This document shows, one piece after another, positions 1 to 11,904 of a DNA stretch of 64,000 nucleotides. The notes beneath the pieces are model-generated. The model did no database searches. It was not told where the DNA came from and saw nothing but the letters and a program-made list of their open reading frames with translations. Position 1 is the first letter of the stretch; each line of letters starts with the position of its first letter. The DNA is from Takakia lepidozioides (Eukaryota > Plantae > Bryophyta): NCBI GenBank assembly GCA_030704615.1, contig CM060731.1, forward strand, positions 36,642,001 through 36,706,000. Reading direction: 5' to 3'. Made by a program: the position numbers and the translations under genes.

Positions 1-40
1 CAAGAGATTACCCATAGCTTTCTGCGGCAACCATACGTTT

Positions 41-3000
41 ATGCTTTGTGCACTACAGGCATTCCTGCAGTTGTTACAGCCAAAGCAGTTCTGTGAGTCT
101 AAGATGAAGAGAGTGAGAGGAATGGAGGAAATCAGGGTGAAGAGCACCACAATTCTGCAGAAACAAACGATGGCTACCCCACAGGCGATAAAGATACTGA
201 AGGAGCTGAGATTGGAAGGATTGCAAAGCATGGATTGGACACTACACCATAGACAGTACATGTTACAATTTTTGCAGAACTTTGAGCCAAAGACAGGAAC
301 AACAACGGTGAAGGGAGTTGAATTAATGATTACTCCCCTATACCTCCAGCAATTGTTTCGATTGCCAGCAGGTCATGTGTATGTGGAGGAACACAGGGAA
401 AGACTGCAAATAGGGGATTTATTCCAAGAAGGGAGTTTCTTTAAAACTCAGGGTTATGCTTGTACCAAAGCTGTGTACCCAGGGTTAAAAGACATAGGCC
501 AAGTATTGAACGTTCTGATTGCCCTGAAACAGAACCAACAATATTTGAGCAGATCCTTCACAGAGGAAATCCTCAAAGGCTTGAAGGGACAAGAGGTACA
601 ATGGGCGGACATAATGTACAACGCACTGGTAGAGGAGATGAAAAGATTACAAGGTACTACCGCAAAATCTCCTATCATAGTGTCTGGCCCAATCATTGCT
701 CAAATAATCCTTAATTCTGGCATACTTAATGCACAAGAAAGGAAGGAAATGGGAGTGTTTGAGCCAGAAACAACTGCAATGGAAGAGCAAGGCTCTTCAC
801 ACAGTGAGGGTGGACTAGCAGCACAACCCGAGACTAAGAGGCAGAGAAGGGGAAAGACTGTAGTGGCGGATCCACTGGCTTCACGGATTCCGCATGATAA
901 TGTTTCCCAAGCTCATGACCAGGAAGGGGCACAGCAGCACAAAAAATGTTATTACTGGAAGCAGGACCTTCAGAGAGGGAGGAAGAAGTTACTTCTGCAT
1001 CACAACCAACACAGCCACTTGAACGACTTGTCACAAGGTCACAAGTTATCCATGCAGCTCAACCCGAAATAATTGATTTGGAAAGTGAAGGGATAGATAT
1101 TCCAACTACAGAACAGATAGTGGCAGAAATAGAGAAAGGGGACCTTCTCTATGAATATTCTGGTCTGGTCAAGGAGACAGAAATCCCAGAGGTGCAACAG
1201 TTGCCCAAGAGAAATCCTGAGGTACATATAATGCACACACCTGTGTCGGAGGTACCACAGGCGGAAGGCCATGACACTGTAGCACCGGTCATAAATGAAG
1301 TAGTTCAGGAAGAAAATCCGGTGGGACAATGGTCTGAATGGTTAGTGAGACATCATACTGTTGAAGATCAGGAGGAACAGCAGCAACCTCACCATGATGA
1401 CCCTCAACAGGCAATGCTGATGAGTTCCATAGGCAGGACACTTAATTTGTTGGGGACTTATGTCAAAACCCATGTTCCAATTACCCAATTGACAGCCTTG
1501 AAAGAAGAACTCAGGAAGGAGTTTGAGGCTCGACTTGCCACTGAGTGTGCAAACAAGGTCGATGAAGAGGTCACTCTCAAGATGAAGCAGGACTTGGCCA
1601 ATACAGAAATGGCTTTGCAATTGGCCAAGCAACAATTGATTGAGGCAGGCCTCGCGCAAGACCAGTTGCACGAAGCACATAAGCAACAGCTATACCAAAT
1701 GCAGGTGCAGCATGAAAGCAAGTTGCAAGAACTGAATGCACTACATACGGAGTTGCAGACAGTGCATAACAGGATGGCGATACAATGCGCTACATTTACA
1801 ACTATGCTTGACCAATCAACAAAAGAAATAAACAGTCAAGCGGAAAAATGTACGAAGGCAGAAGAAGAGAATGTGGAGCACATGAAGCTCATTGTCGATA
1901 TGAAGAATACAATCTGTCGCAATGAAGATACTTTCAAGCAATACAGGCAGATGGAAGCTGAGCAAGAGAAATACATCGTGGAGTTGCAACAAACCATCGT
2001 GGCCAATAGAAATGAAATCGCGGTCAGTAACAAGGCTTCGAAGGAAGCCAATAATCTACTTGCTGCCTATGCGCAATTGGTTGAGCCACAGGCGAAGCGC
2101 ATGGAGGCTTTACAACAGCAGTTGGAATTGTACAAGCTAAGAGAGGAGCAAACTCTCAGGGGAACCACAAGCAGCTTGGTGGATAACAGCCTTATGCAGG
2201 TCTGGTTAGCACAAGGGCCAGTAGAGGGCAAAAGCCCACGGAAGCTCACCCAAAGCGAGATGAATGAGCTCAGACTGCAGGTGCAGAACATTGCCACAAC
2301 TACTATAGACAATGTCTATAGTAGGATAGCAGAGTTACAAGAGGATGTAGACGGACTCCAGACTCAAGTGGAAGACCTCACTTCAAACATCGACCAAAGA
2401 GTCTATATCCCTCAGGAACAGCTAATGGCTTCTTATTTGCAAGCCAGAACTCTGGCTTTTCAGTCTTCACAGGAGGTGCAGGAGATGCCAATGGTACAGG
2501 AACCAGTACCACCACCACCACAACAGGTCAGTGTACCAGTAGCTGAACCTGTGGTTACTACAACCACACCACAGCCACCACAGCCGGAGGTATGGGGCAA
2601 TGCAGCTTTTAACCCACCTAAAACTCCAGCTGCCAGGGAGTACAGTAGGGCTATGATTATGCCCTTCAACCAAATTCCCATCATGTTGGATTTGGCTTGG
2701 AAAGAATTTAGTCCTCCGCAGTCATTCGCACATTACTACCAAATCATGCGTATTTGGCTGCCAGTGGCAACCAGGACTAAAGTTCTTCCAAACAATCGAC
2801 ATATTGAAGATCATCACTTTGCACAATACTGGCACGAGGCAGGTACCATGTTGAGGGAATTGGTTGCTTTCCAGGTTGTACATGGACTCATTTATACCAA
2901 GACCAAGGAGATAGCAAGTATTGTCATGGGGTGCGGGCTATACTACGCTGCTTGTTTTCTGATACGTTACCACATTGAGCAACAAAAGATGCAAGCACGC

Positions 3001-3654
3001 TTTCAAAGTTACTCCAGTGGAGATCATTGGGTATTACCTTCGGTGCCACCTCATATGTACCTATATGACCCAAAAGTTATGATACAGAAGGATTCTCAAA
3101 TTCGTTCATGGTTTCAAGCAGCCTGCAACAATTTGTCAACACAGAAATTCGGACTTGATGACATTTTCTATAAGGGACATATCGCATGGAAATACTTGCA
3201 CGCTGCACCAGTAATTGGTACCCCACTCATCTGGACAGACAAGGAGCTCAGTGTCTACACCAATTTTGCTGTTCAACGGTTACACCAGGTTGTAAAATGC
3301 AAACTTCCAGACATGGTAGGACAGCATTGTATGCCCCAGATGATTCCACAAAAAGTTCGAAAATTAAAACACCTGAGAGGCGATGAGGATTCTGATACAA
3401 CTGTTTCTTCACAGAATTCTTTTGACATGGGAGAAGACTATGCAATTCAGATGGAAGAGAAGAAACAAAGGGGATCTCCTATGCCGGAAAGATTACCTCG
3501 ATATCAGCCTCCAGAAGGCCTCACTTATCCAGGTAGTGATCAACCATCTCCGTCAACCAGAGACAGACCTCGGGCTCGTACACACAGCCCGCCACGAAAC
3601 TCTCAACGTCAACAAGGTGCTCACTCACAAAGGGTTGCTACTCAGAAACAGTAA
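41..3654 (+). CDS. Retrotransposon extra ORF (~1,200 aa, one frameshift near 920-1000): N-terminal plant-transposon-protein-like domain, long coiled coil, unknown C-terminal globular domain
   Basis: ORFs 41..1072 and 946..3654 overlap in adjacent frames, and the frame is open back to position 2. The segment LQFLQNFEP..TVKGVELMITPLYLQQLFRLP resembles Athila/Tat-type extra-ORF domains. A Q/E/K/L-rich heptad region follows. No gag/pol motifs. Confidence 0.6.
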
Positions 3655-3691
3655 ACCGTGAGGACACGGCTTTTTGAGGGGAAGGGGTAAA

Positions 3692-4715
3692 TGTTAGAGG
3701 ACTGTAGGGGACTTAGACACTTATACGGGATCTGTAGGGTACCCTTAATTTTTGCACAGACTGAGACAAACAGGAACCTTAGGGGTGACAGCAGCGCACT
3801 GTAGAGGGGGGTTACATAGCCCACACAGCCGACACAGCAGTCACAGCCCACACAGCCAACACAGCCCGTCACAGTCGTCACAGCCCACACAGCCCACACA
3901 GCCGACACAGCCGACACAGCCCGTCACAGTCGTCACAGCCCACACAGCCCACACAGCCGTCACAGCCCACACAGCCCGTCACAGTCGTCACAGCAGACAC
4001 AGCCCACACAGCCAGTCACAGCCCGGCACAGCCACACAGCCAGTCACAGCCCGACACAGCCAAACACAGCCAGTCACCGCTTGACACAGCTGTCACGATA
4101 ATAGGGAACGAAGAGTAGGACAGGGAACGACTGTGGGGAACAACACCTGTGAAGGGAACATGTTAATTCACATACGACGGTTAGAGAGGGAAACGGTTAG
4201 AACCGCGGATAGGAGGATAAAGGGAGAAACGGGGAATGAAGAAGGGATTATGATTCGGGGGAGGAGGATTTCGGAGTGAGACGGGAGCGGAAGTCGGTGA
4301 GCACGATGAAGGAGGAAAGAGGATTAGTAGATGCTTGTTATATGCAAAGCTGTAGGGATATTGTAGAGGAGAATAGAGACACAATGGCTTCGGCCTGATA
4401 CCTGATAAATCATAATCTGATACTTATACGATACAATCACACTGTGTAGAGAGATCTGAGTGAAGCTGTGGATTGAATGGAGGAGTGAAGGAAACCGATA
4501 AATTGATGAAGCAAACTGATACTTAATTATCAATGGTAAGGTAGCTAAGATGAATGCGGAAAAGGAAACAAATAGGAAACACCCCCATGATACACTAGCT
4601 GTAGGTCATGACTGATTGTTCTGCGCGGGCTGAGTACTTAGAGATTTCCAACTCTTCTATCTTGGAGTTTCTGCCTCGGATAGCGAAGGGATGGGTGAGT
4701 AAAAGCCGCGCGACA
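3692..4715 (+). repeat. 3' LTR of element A (~1.02 kb)
   Basis: Starts TGT right after the PPT and ends ACA. An internal TGTCACG at 4091 is a near-inverted match to the terminal CGCGACA, so 4091-4715 could alternatively be a separate solo LTR. Confidence 0.6.
3818..4090 (+). repeat. Degenerate 9-10 bp minisatellite (CACAGCCCA / CACAGCCGA / CACAGTCGT) inside the LTR
   Basis: Directly visible tandem CACAGC units. Confidence 0.95.
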
Positions 4716-5520
4716 GTACCCTGACTTGTTGCTTGTGTCTGCAGTTCGTGGATACCAACAAGCCTTGCCAGCAGACATTTCCTTGTTGAAGGCGCAGGAT
4801 TTGGAGCAGGTTGGCTCCATTGATCTGATAGAGGCAGGTTGGCCCTGCCAAGGGCATTCATCAGCCGGGCATGGCAATGGATTGCGAGACTCGAGGACGG
4901 GTCTGTTTTGGGAGATGGTGCGGGTTTTGCGCCACTTGCAGCTTCATCAAGCTGTATCTCCAGGTAACATCTTGGAGAATGTGCCACTGATGGGTGATTC
5001 TCGGGCCAGGGTGATGGCCAGTGTGCATCAAGTCCAGTCGTGGCTTGGGTCAGCAGTGTTGCTGGATGCAGCTGCAGTGGGGTCACGAGCTCATCGTCCA
5101 CGGCTTTGGTGGACTAACTTGATGCCACCCGCACTGCTCAAACGTGCATTTGATGGGGTGCAGTGGCCAGCACACCTAACCGTGGATGGCATTTTGGACA
5201 CAGGGAGGCAGTCTCAACGTGTGAGACATGATGACTGTTCGTCTTTGGCAGTGGTCAACAGGGTGGGTCAACCACGAGCAGCATTACCTACACTGCTCAG
5301 CTTCCCAGGATCCCATGCTTTTCGGGATGGTGGACTTGGCCTCCTGTGGGATGCTCAGTTGCAGCAGTTAGTGGAGCCTAATGCCGACGAGCGAGAGCGG
5401 GCTATGGGGTTTTCCACTGGGACCACGGTGGTGCCTTCTCTTTCTAAGGCATCACGTCGTCAGGTGTTGGGGCAAGCAATGGATCTCAATTGCTTGACCT
5501 GGATTATCAGCTTGGCTATG
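4716..5520 (+). pseudogene. C5-cytosine DNA methyltransferase domain (DNMT3/DRM-like motif spacing) within pol; N-terminal motif I removed by the element A insertion
   Basis: Motif IV AGWPCQGHS (catalytic Cys), VI ILENV, VIII AHRPRLWWTN, IX ERERAMGF, X RRQVLGQAMD. Same reading frame as the downstream RT. Confidence 0.9.
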
Positions 5521-5814
5521 GCTGAGCAACGTAGAGTGCGGAGTGCACTTCCCTTGACGGTCTCTCTGCCTACCAAGACGGTACAGGCAGCGAGTGGGGG
5601 CGAGCCGGTGAGGACCACGGGGTGTAGACATCCATGGCACACGTGGGAGGTGCTCGAGGTTCAGAGGGAGTTGGCAGCCAAGGCAGCTGTGATGGATGAG
5701 GTTGGGGATTCTTCTCGGGATGAGGAGGTTCTCAATGATGAGATGATGGGGCAGGATGAGGCCTTGTCATTGACTGAGCAGGAAGGGAGTACTGCTCAAG
5801 AGGTTGCAGCATAG

Positions 5815-6969
5815 CAACCACGGGACGCGTCCTCTACCTCTAAGCCCACTGGACTTAAGGTTGCAGTTACGGAGGACAATTGGGAGCCTGACATTGGACC
5901 CATTGTCACCGGAGGAGAGAGACGACGTATACGGTGGTTCCTGAGGGCTTACAGGAATTGCTTTGCCTTCAGTTTGAAGGACTTGGGAGCACTGAAGGGT
6001 CAAGAGATCCATATTGAGTTGGCCACTGACACGCCAATTTTTCGGAGACCCTATCGATACAGTGACATGGAGAGGTCTTTGATTCAGATGAGGACTCAAG
6101 ATCTCTGGGAGGCAGGTTTGGTGGAGCTCTCTGGTGGAGAGTATGCTTCAGCCACAGTGATGCCAGCCAAGAAGGATGTCTATGGCAATTGGACGGAGAG
6201 ACGTATGTGCGGTGATTACCGGCCTGTAAATCGTCAGACCAAGTCCGATAGGTATGCCATGCCAACACCATAGGAGATCTTTGATGCCATTGGGCATTCC
6301 AAGGTCTTTAGCACGTTGGATTTACGATCCGGATATCACCAGTTGCCGATCAAGGAGGCGGATAAGCAAAAGACGACATTTTGGGGGATCAATGAGCACG
6401 GGAAGGATTGCCTATACCAGTGGCGGTTCTTACCATTTGGGCTTAAAAACGCTCCCGCTGAGTTTCAAAGAGTCATGGACAGGATTCTAGCAGGGGTGGA
6501 GTTTGCTCGGTGCTACATAGATGACATCATCATCTTTAGTGCTACGGTGGAGGAGCATGAGAGACACCTTCAGGGGGTATTTGAGCGCTTGAGGACGCAC
6601 GGATTGAACTTACATCTGGGCAAGTGCAAGTTTTTCCACAACCAGATTGAGTATCTGGGTCACATGATATATCCTGGAGGATTGGGGGTACAACAGACTA
6701 AGGTAGAGTCCATTGCACAGGTTCTACGCCCCACGGATGTGAGCCGAGTTCGAGCTTTCATGGGGTTAGCAAACTATTACAGACGGTTTGTTAAGGGATT
6801 TAGTGCCATTTGCAAAGGCTCTAACCAAGCTGACCAAGGTGGACCAGGAGTGGCAGTGGGAAGATGAGCAAGAACAAGCTTTTCAAGAGCTCAAGGCGAG
6901 GTTGACCTCGGCGCCCATCTTGAGACGACCTATCAGGGGGCGTCTTTTTCAGCTGCATACAGATTGGAG
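5815..6969 (+). pseudogene. Gypsy reverse transcriptase and start of RNase H (TAG at 6271, frameshift near 6812)
   Basis: PIFRRPYR, RMCGDYRPVN, DLRSGYHQ, PFGLKNAPAEFQ, YIDDI, FMGLANYYRRF, FQLHTDW. Confidence 0.95.
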
Positions 6970-7209
6970 AGGTTAGCTATTTCATGAGCATGAGCGGCAT
7001 GAGCGGCATGAGCGGAGTAGTAAGACAATCGGTTTTCATGAGCAGAAGTACAAATTTCGAAAATAATAAATAATAAAAAATAGTAATTTAATGCAATGTG
7101 TCAGGAAAAACAAATATATTATTCGGCACCTTGAAGGGAAAATTGTAGTTTTGACAGTTGTGCTCATGATACTTCGTCTTCCGCTCATGCCAATTCCCAG
7201 CGACATGTG

Positions 7210-7545
7210 CAAATATGGCGCCGAATTTCGCGGTAATAGGGTCCGTAACCTGAAAAAACGGCGACGTATTTCGCGGTAATAGGTCTCTCTGGCGAAAAAT
7301 GGTGCCGAATTCCGCGGCTATAGGTCCCCTCATGACAGGTAATTCGGCGCCATTTTTCCAGTGCATGTTCGGATTTAGTCAGTTTTCGGCGCAAAATAGG
7401 GAAATTCGGCGCCATTTTTCCAGACACTATACCAGTGCATGTTGGGACTTAGCCAGTTTTCGGCCCAAAAAAAAGAAATTCAGCTCCATTTTTCCAGACA
7501 CGGTACCAGTGCATGTTGGGACTTAGCCAGTTTTCGGCCCAAAAA
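7210..7545. repeat. Subterminal repeats (GGCGCCGAATTTC, CCAGTGCATGTTGGGACTTAGCCAGTTTTCGGCCC)
   Basis: Visible repeats of about 70 bp sharing motifs with the 9.7-12.1 kb arrays. Confidence 0.8.
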
Positions 7546-7549
7546 AGAG

Positions 7550-9589
7550 AAACGGTGCTCCTCTCTGAAATCTGGCGCCACGAGCCTGGTTGTGTACTGC
7601 GAAAGGCTCTGCAGAAAATGGAACCCACAAGATCTCTCCTTGCCTTCCATGGGAACATTGGGGTCTTGCCCGTACACCTTTTGGATGGCAGCCCAATTTG
7701 CTTGTGCGTTGTCTGCCATGAAACCACGGAAATTGGGAGGGGGCAATCCCGCCTTGGCCATCTGTTCGTTTATTCCCTGCCAAAGAAGCATCTCCGATTG
7801 TGTGTCCTCTCCTTTCATCTCACAAATAGCAATTGTCATTAGCATCCTGCAGTGGGTGTCGTAGACATGTGCACCCATTGTCATCCACTGGTGATTTGTA
7901 ATTCGCTTGATATGGTCGAACATGACCCAACTGTTTGACAAGTCCCCACTCGTCATTCTGTCGACTAGTTCGACGCCGCTGCCAGGTCCACACGTGGACA
8001 TTTTGAATACGAAACAACGATCTGCCTCAGTCCCTTGTCCTGGAAACCTACTTCCATGAATGTAGTCATATCCACATCGTGCTTCACCTCCAGAATGGAG
8101 TGCATATCCGAGCCACGCCCAATTTTCTGTTTGCATGAGACAATGTGGTTTTGGACATTCGGTGAACATACGTGGGACACCGACTCCAGCAATGCCTCCA
8201 TTTCCTTCTCATCGAGAGGAACTCTATCGGAGCCGTCTTCCGACATAATTCTAGCCAATGCCATCTTATGGGCGGCTTGGAGCTGTATCTGTTTGGGTTT
8301 GGCACCCGGTTTCAACTTAACCTCCTCCAGAACGAGCTGCTCTGCCTCGTGGGCAGCCTCCCGCGAGTTCCCCTCGCCAATTTGTGACAATGGGAACCAA
8401 CGTGTATGCAAGCTCGGGTGAGGTCAGGGAAACGGTGCAACACATAGAACTGCTTGGCATTACAAACAGACATGCAGTGTGGTGGTTCTTTGCAATGCGC
8501 ACACTTAAATGTGGAGTTCGGAACCTTCTCATGAGCTCGAAATGGTTGATGAGCTGTGCCTGTCCAATCGGTCTCGTTCCTGTGACCTCTGGATTTAAAG
8601 TGGAAGCAAGTTGGGGAGAAACACCGCAACGCGCCCGCACAAACAACGTAGCGCACCCGCACACCATCGAGCATCTTCATGCTGGTGGTTTTGGTAACGC
8701 ACCAAGGATGACCGTCATGTTTTCTATCCATATCTGTCAACATTCCGGACGCCCTCGAGTAGTCCGCCCGAGGAGGGAACTCAAAGAAGATATTATCGTC
8801 GACGTCGGCGGGAAGGCATGTAACCGATTTAATTGCGAACTTGCTGTAGTCTAGCCCGGCTAGCTCCGACCGGTGTCCCTCCAGGTGAAGCCCTCGCATA
8901 ATTTCAAGAATAGATCGAACTGCGGTGCTCGTGCTGGGAATATGACTCCCTCCTCCACTGACGTCCATTGAGGACTTGCCTGATCTCCAGGACAACCTCG
9001 GAACTTCTATGACCTCGTCTGAGTCGGACAGGTTGTGAACAACCCGGTTCTCGCTCGTCTTCATGGATGGGTTCGGCTCTGGATTTACTTCGTTGCGGAC
9101 TTCTCTATTTGAGGTAGCCTCTCTCTGATTCGCGGATTGTTTCGTGGAAGGCGCCAGGATAGAAGGTGCATTTGGCGGGCAAATGAAGTCCCCAACAGCC
9201 CTGTATATGACGCTGTCCGATGGTGGAACTCGCCATTCCCTGCCATCGTCGAAATCATCGTGGAGCACAACAATACTCTCGACAACAAGGCCGTTTGAGT
9301 CCTTCCTTTCCTCCTCCAAAAAAACCGACCCCGGTTTCAGGTGGTATCGAACGCACAGATATTTCTCCATCACCCGGCAGATGTCCCCTCTGCACGGAAA
9401 TGAAGCTCTATGCTCGTGAGGAGGGCAGTACACTGTAGCGCTCGGGTTTTCCGCCATGGGAGATGTGCACACAAGACTGCCAGGATGGCGTGCGGGCAAG
9501 CTCCCTGGTAGAAGGGGGATGCAGCGATGGGAAGGAATGCGGTGCCGATTTGTCCGAGCGACGAAGCCTGATCCAAATAAAAAATCCAC
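7550..9589 (-). pseudogene. MULE-type DDE transposase with N-terminal GCM/WRKY-like zinc finger; two frameshifts, C-terminus deleted
   Basis: Joined ORFs 8312..9589, 7965..8411 and 7480..8169. Zinc-finger segment DGHPW..RYVVCAGALRCFSPTC...CAHC..C..HVGSHCH. Catalytic-like WVMFDH and FMADNAQANW, plus the MULE CxxH motif CGFH. The third acidic residue is missing. Confidence 0.75.
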
Positions 9590-9719
9590 AGTCAGAGTGT
9601 TAATGAACCTTGTCTCCGGAATGCAGCCCCTGGTCTTTGCGCAATAACTGCCAACGGTATGCAGTCAGAAAGTGGGGGGCCGTCCGGATGATGTCGGCTG
9701 AAGGGTAGAAGCCGGCACC

Positions 9720-10760
9720 GTGCCGTCACATTACTACCCCCGAATGGAAATTCGGCACCCAATATCCAACAGGGGCCGCACGGATGAAGTCGTCTGGGGC
9801 AGAGATGCCGGCACCTGTCCGACAGAGAAGATCCCTCGGATGGAAATTCAGCGCCGAATTTCCATTCGGATCCCCCCAAATGAAGTTCTATCGGGGGGTC
9901 ACGCCGAAAACTGGCCGACATAAAAACCTCCGCGGATGGAAAAACGGCGCCGAATTTCCATCCGAGGCCTTTTCGGATGCAGTCGGCTCGGGGGAAAGGC
10001 CGCCATCTGGCCCTCACATTACAACCCCCGGACGGAAATTCGGCACCGAATATACAACAGGGGAAGCCCGGATGAAGTCGCCTCGGGCGCAGAGGCCGGC
10101 GCGTGTGCGACAGAGAATATCCCCTGGATGGAGATTCGGTGCCGAATTTACATCCGGGCCCCCCCAAAGGAAGTCGTGTCGGGGGGTCAGACCGAAAACT
10201 GGCCGCAATAAAAACATCCCCAGATGGAAAAACGGCGCCGAATTTCCATCCGGGGCGGTTCGGATGCAGTCGGGGAGGGGGGAGAGGCCGTCACATTTCA
10301 ACCCCCGGACGGAAATTCGGCACCGAATATCCAACAGGGGACGCCCGGATGACGTCGCCTCGGACGTAGAGGTCGGCACGTGTTCGACAGAGAGCATCCC
10401 CTGGATGGAGATTCGGCGCCGAATTTCCATCCGGGCCCCCCCAAAGGAAGTCGTGTCGAGGGGTCAGGCCGAAAACTGGCCGACATAAAAACCTCCCCAG
10501 ATGGAAAAACGGCGCCGAATTTCCATCCGGGGCCGTTCCAATGCAGTCGGGGAGGGGGGAGAGGTCGGCACCTGGCCATCATATTTCAAACCCCGGACGG
10601 AAATTCGGCACCGAATATCCAACAGAGCGGCGGAGAGGCCGGCACCTCTCCGACAGAGACCATCCCCCGGATGGAAATTCGGCGCCGAATTTCCATCGGG
10701 GCCCCCTTAAAGAAAGTCGCAGAAACCTCCCAGAATGGAAAAACGGTGCCGAATTTCCGT
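9720..10760. repeat. GC-rich ~280-bp tandem repeat (about 3.5 copies) with palindromic GGAAATTCGGCGCCGAATTTCC cores
   Basis: CCGACATAAAAACCTCC-like anchors near 9915, 10203 and 10480. A perfect 28-bp palindrome lies at 10670-10697. Confidence 0.9.
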
Positions 10761-10809
10761 CCGAGGCTGTTCCGATTTGCCTCTAGCAGTGAAGGATTCC
10801 AAGAAAAAT

Positions 10810-10835
10810 CCGAAACTGGAAAAATGGCGCCGACC

Positions 10836-10875
<40 letters not shown>

Positions 10876-11209
10876 CATTTTTCCAGTTCGGGGATGAAAA
10901 CGGCTAAGTCCCAGATCTGACTGGCACCCAAAATCGGAAATTCGGCGCCATTTTTCCAGTTCTGGGCCCAGTCAGATCTGGGACTTAGCCATTTTCGGCC
11001 CCAAACTGGAAAAATGGCGCGGAAAAAAAAAGAAAAAGAAAAAAGAAAAAAGAAAAAAACGCCATTTTTCCAGTTCGGGGCCGAAAACGGCTAAGTCCCA
11101 GATCTGACTGGCACCCAAAATCGGAAATTCGGCGCCGTTTTTCCAGTTCTGCGCCCAGTCAGATCTGGGACTTAGCCATTTTCGGCCCCGAACTGGAAAA
11201 ATGGCGCCG

Positions 11210-11240
<31 letters not shown>

Positions 11241-11862
11241 GCCATTTCTCCTGTTTGGGGCCGAAAACGGCTAAGTCCCAGATCTGACTGGCACCCAAAA
11301 TCGGAAATTCGGCGCCATTTTTCCAGTTTTGGGCCGAGTCAGATCTGGGACTTAGCCATTTTCGGCCCCGAACTGGAAAAATGGAGCCGAAAAAGAAAAA
11401 AAGAAAAAAAGAAAAAAAAAAACGCCATTTTTCTTGTTCGGGGCCGAAAACGGCTAAGTCCCAGATCTGACTGGCACCCAAAATCGGAAATTCGGCGCCA
11501 TTTTTCCAGTTCGGGGCCCAGTCAGATCTGGGACTGAGCCATTTTCGGCCCCGAAATGGAAAAATGGCGCCATTTTTCCAGTTCAGGGCCCCGAAAATGG
11601 CTAAGTCCCTACGATGGCTGGAACCGCAACTGGAAATTCGGCACCATTTTTCCTGTTCCGCGCCCTATCAGATCTGGGACTTAGCCATTTTCGGCCCCGA
11701 ACTGAAAAAATGGTGCCATTTTTCCAGTTCGGGGCCGAAAATGGCTAAGTCCCTAGGGTGGCGGGCACCAAAATCGGAAATTTGGCGCCATTTTTCCAGT
11801 TCCGGGCCCAGTCAGATCTGGGACTTAGCCATTTTCGGCCCCGAACTGGAAAAATGGCACCG

Positions 11863-11904
<42 letters not shown>

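Larger units (their letters stand above)
1..4715 (+). mobile_element. 3' part of LTR retrotransposon A (extra ORF + PPT + 3' LTR); 5' part lies outside the window; inserted into the DNMT domain of element B
   Basis: Long ORF ends at 3654, followed by a gypsy-type polypurine tract GAGGGGAAGGGGTAAA (3676-3691) then TGTTAG at 3692. The element ends ...GCGCGACA at 4715, immediately followed by DNMT codons (cag tac cct gac ttg) that lack motif I. Confidence 0.7.

Noticed and set aside
935-950. Programmed -1 frameshift at the A6 run between ORFs 41..1072 and 946..3654
   Set aside because: The AAAAAAT heptamer is not in the required frame; a simple indel is more likely.
3752-4084. ORFs of 91-110 aa with TQP/HSR repeats
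   Set aside because: Translations of the CACAGC minisatellite.
4726-5814. Host DRM/DNMT3 gene or bacterial restriction-modification methylase contamination
   Set aside because: Intronless, in frame with gypsy RT, enclosed by retroelement features and with no partner restriction enzyme.
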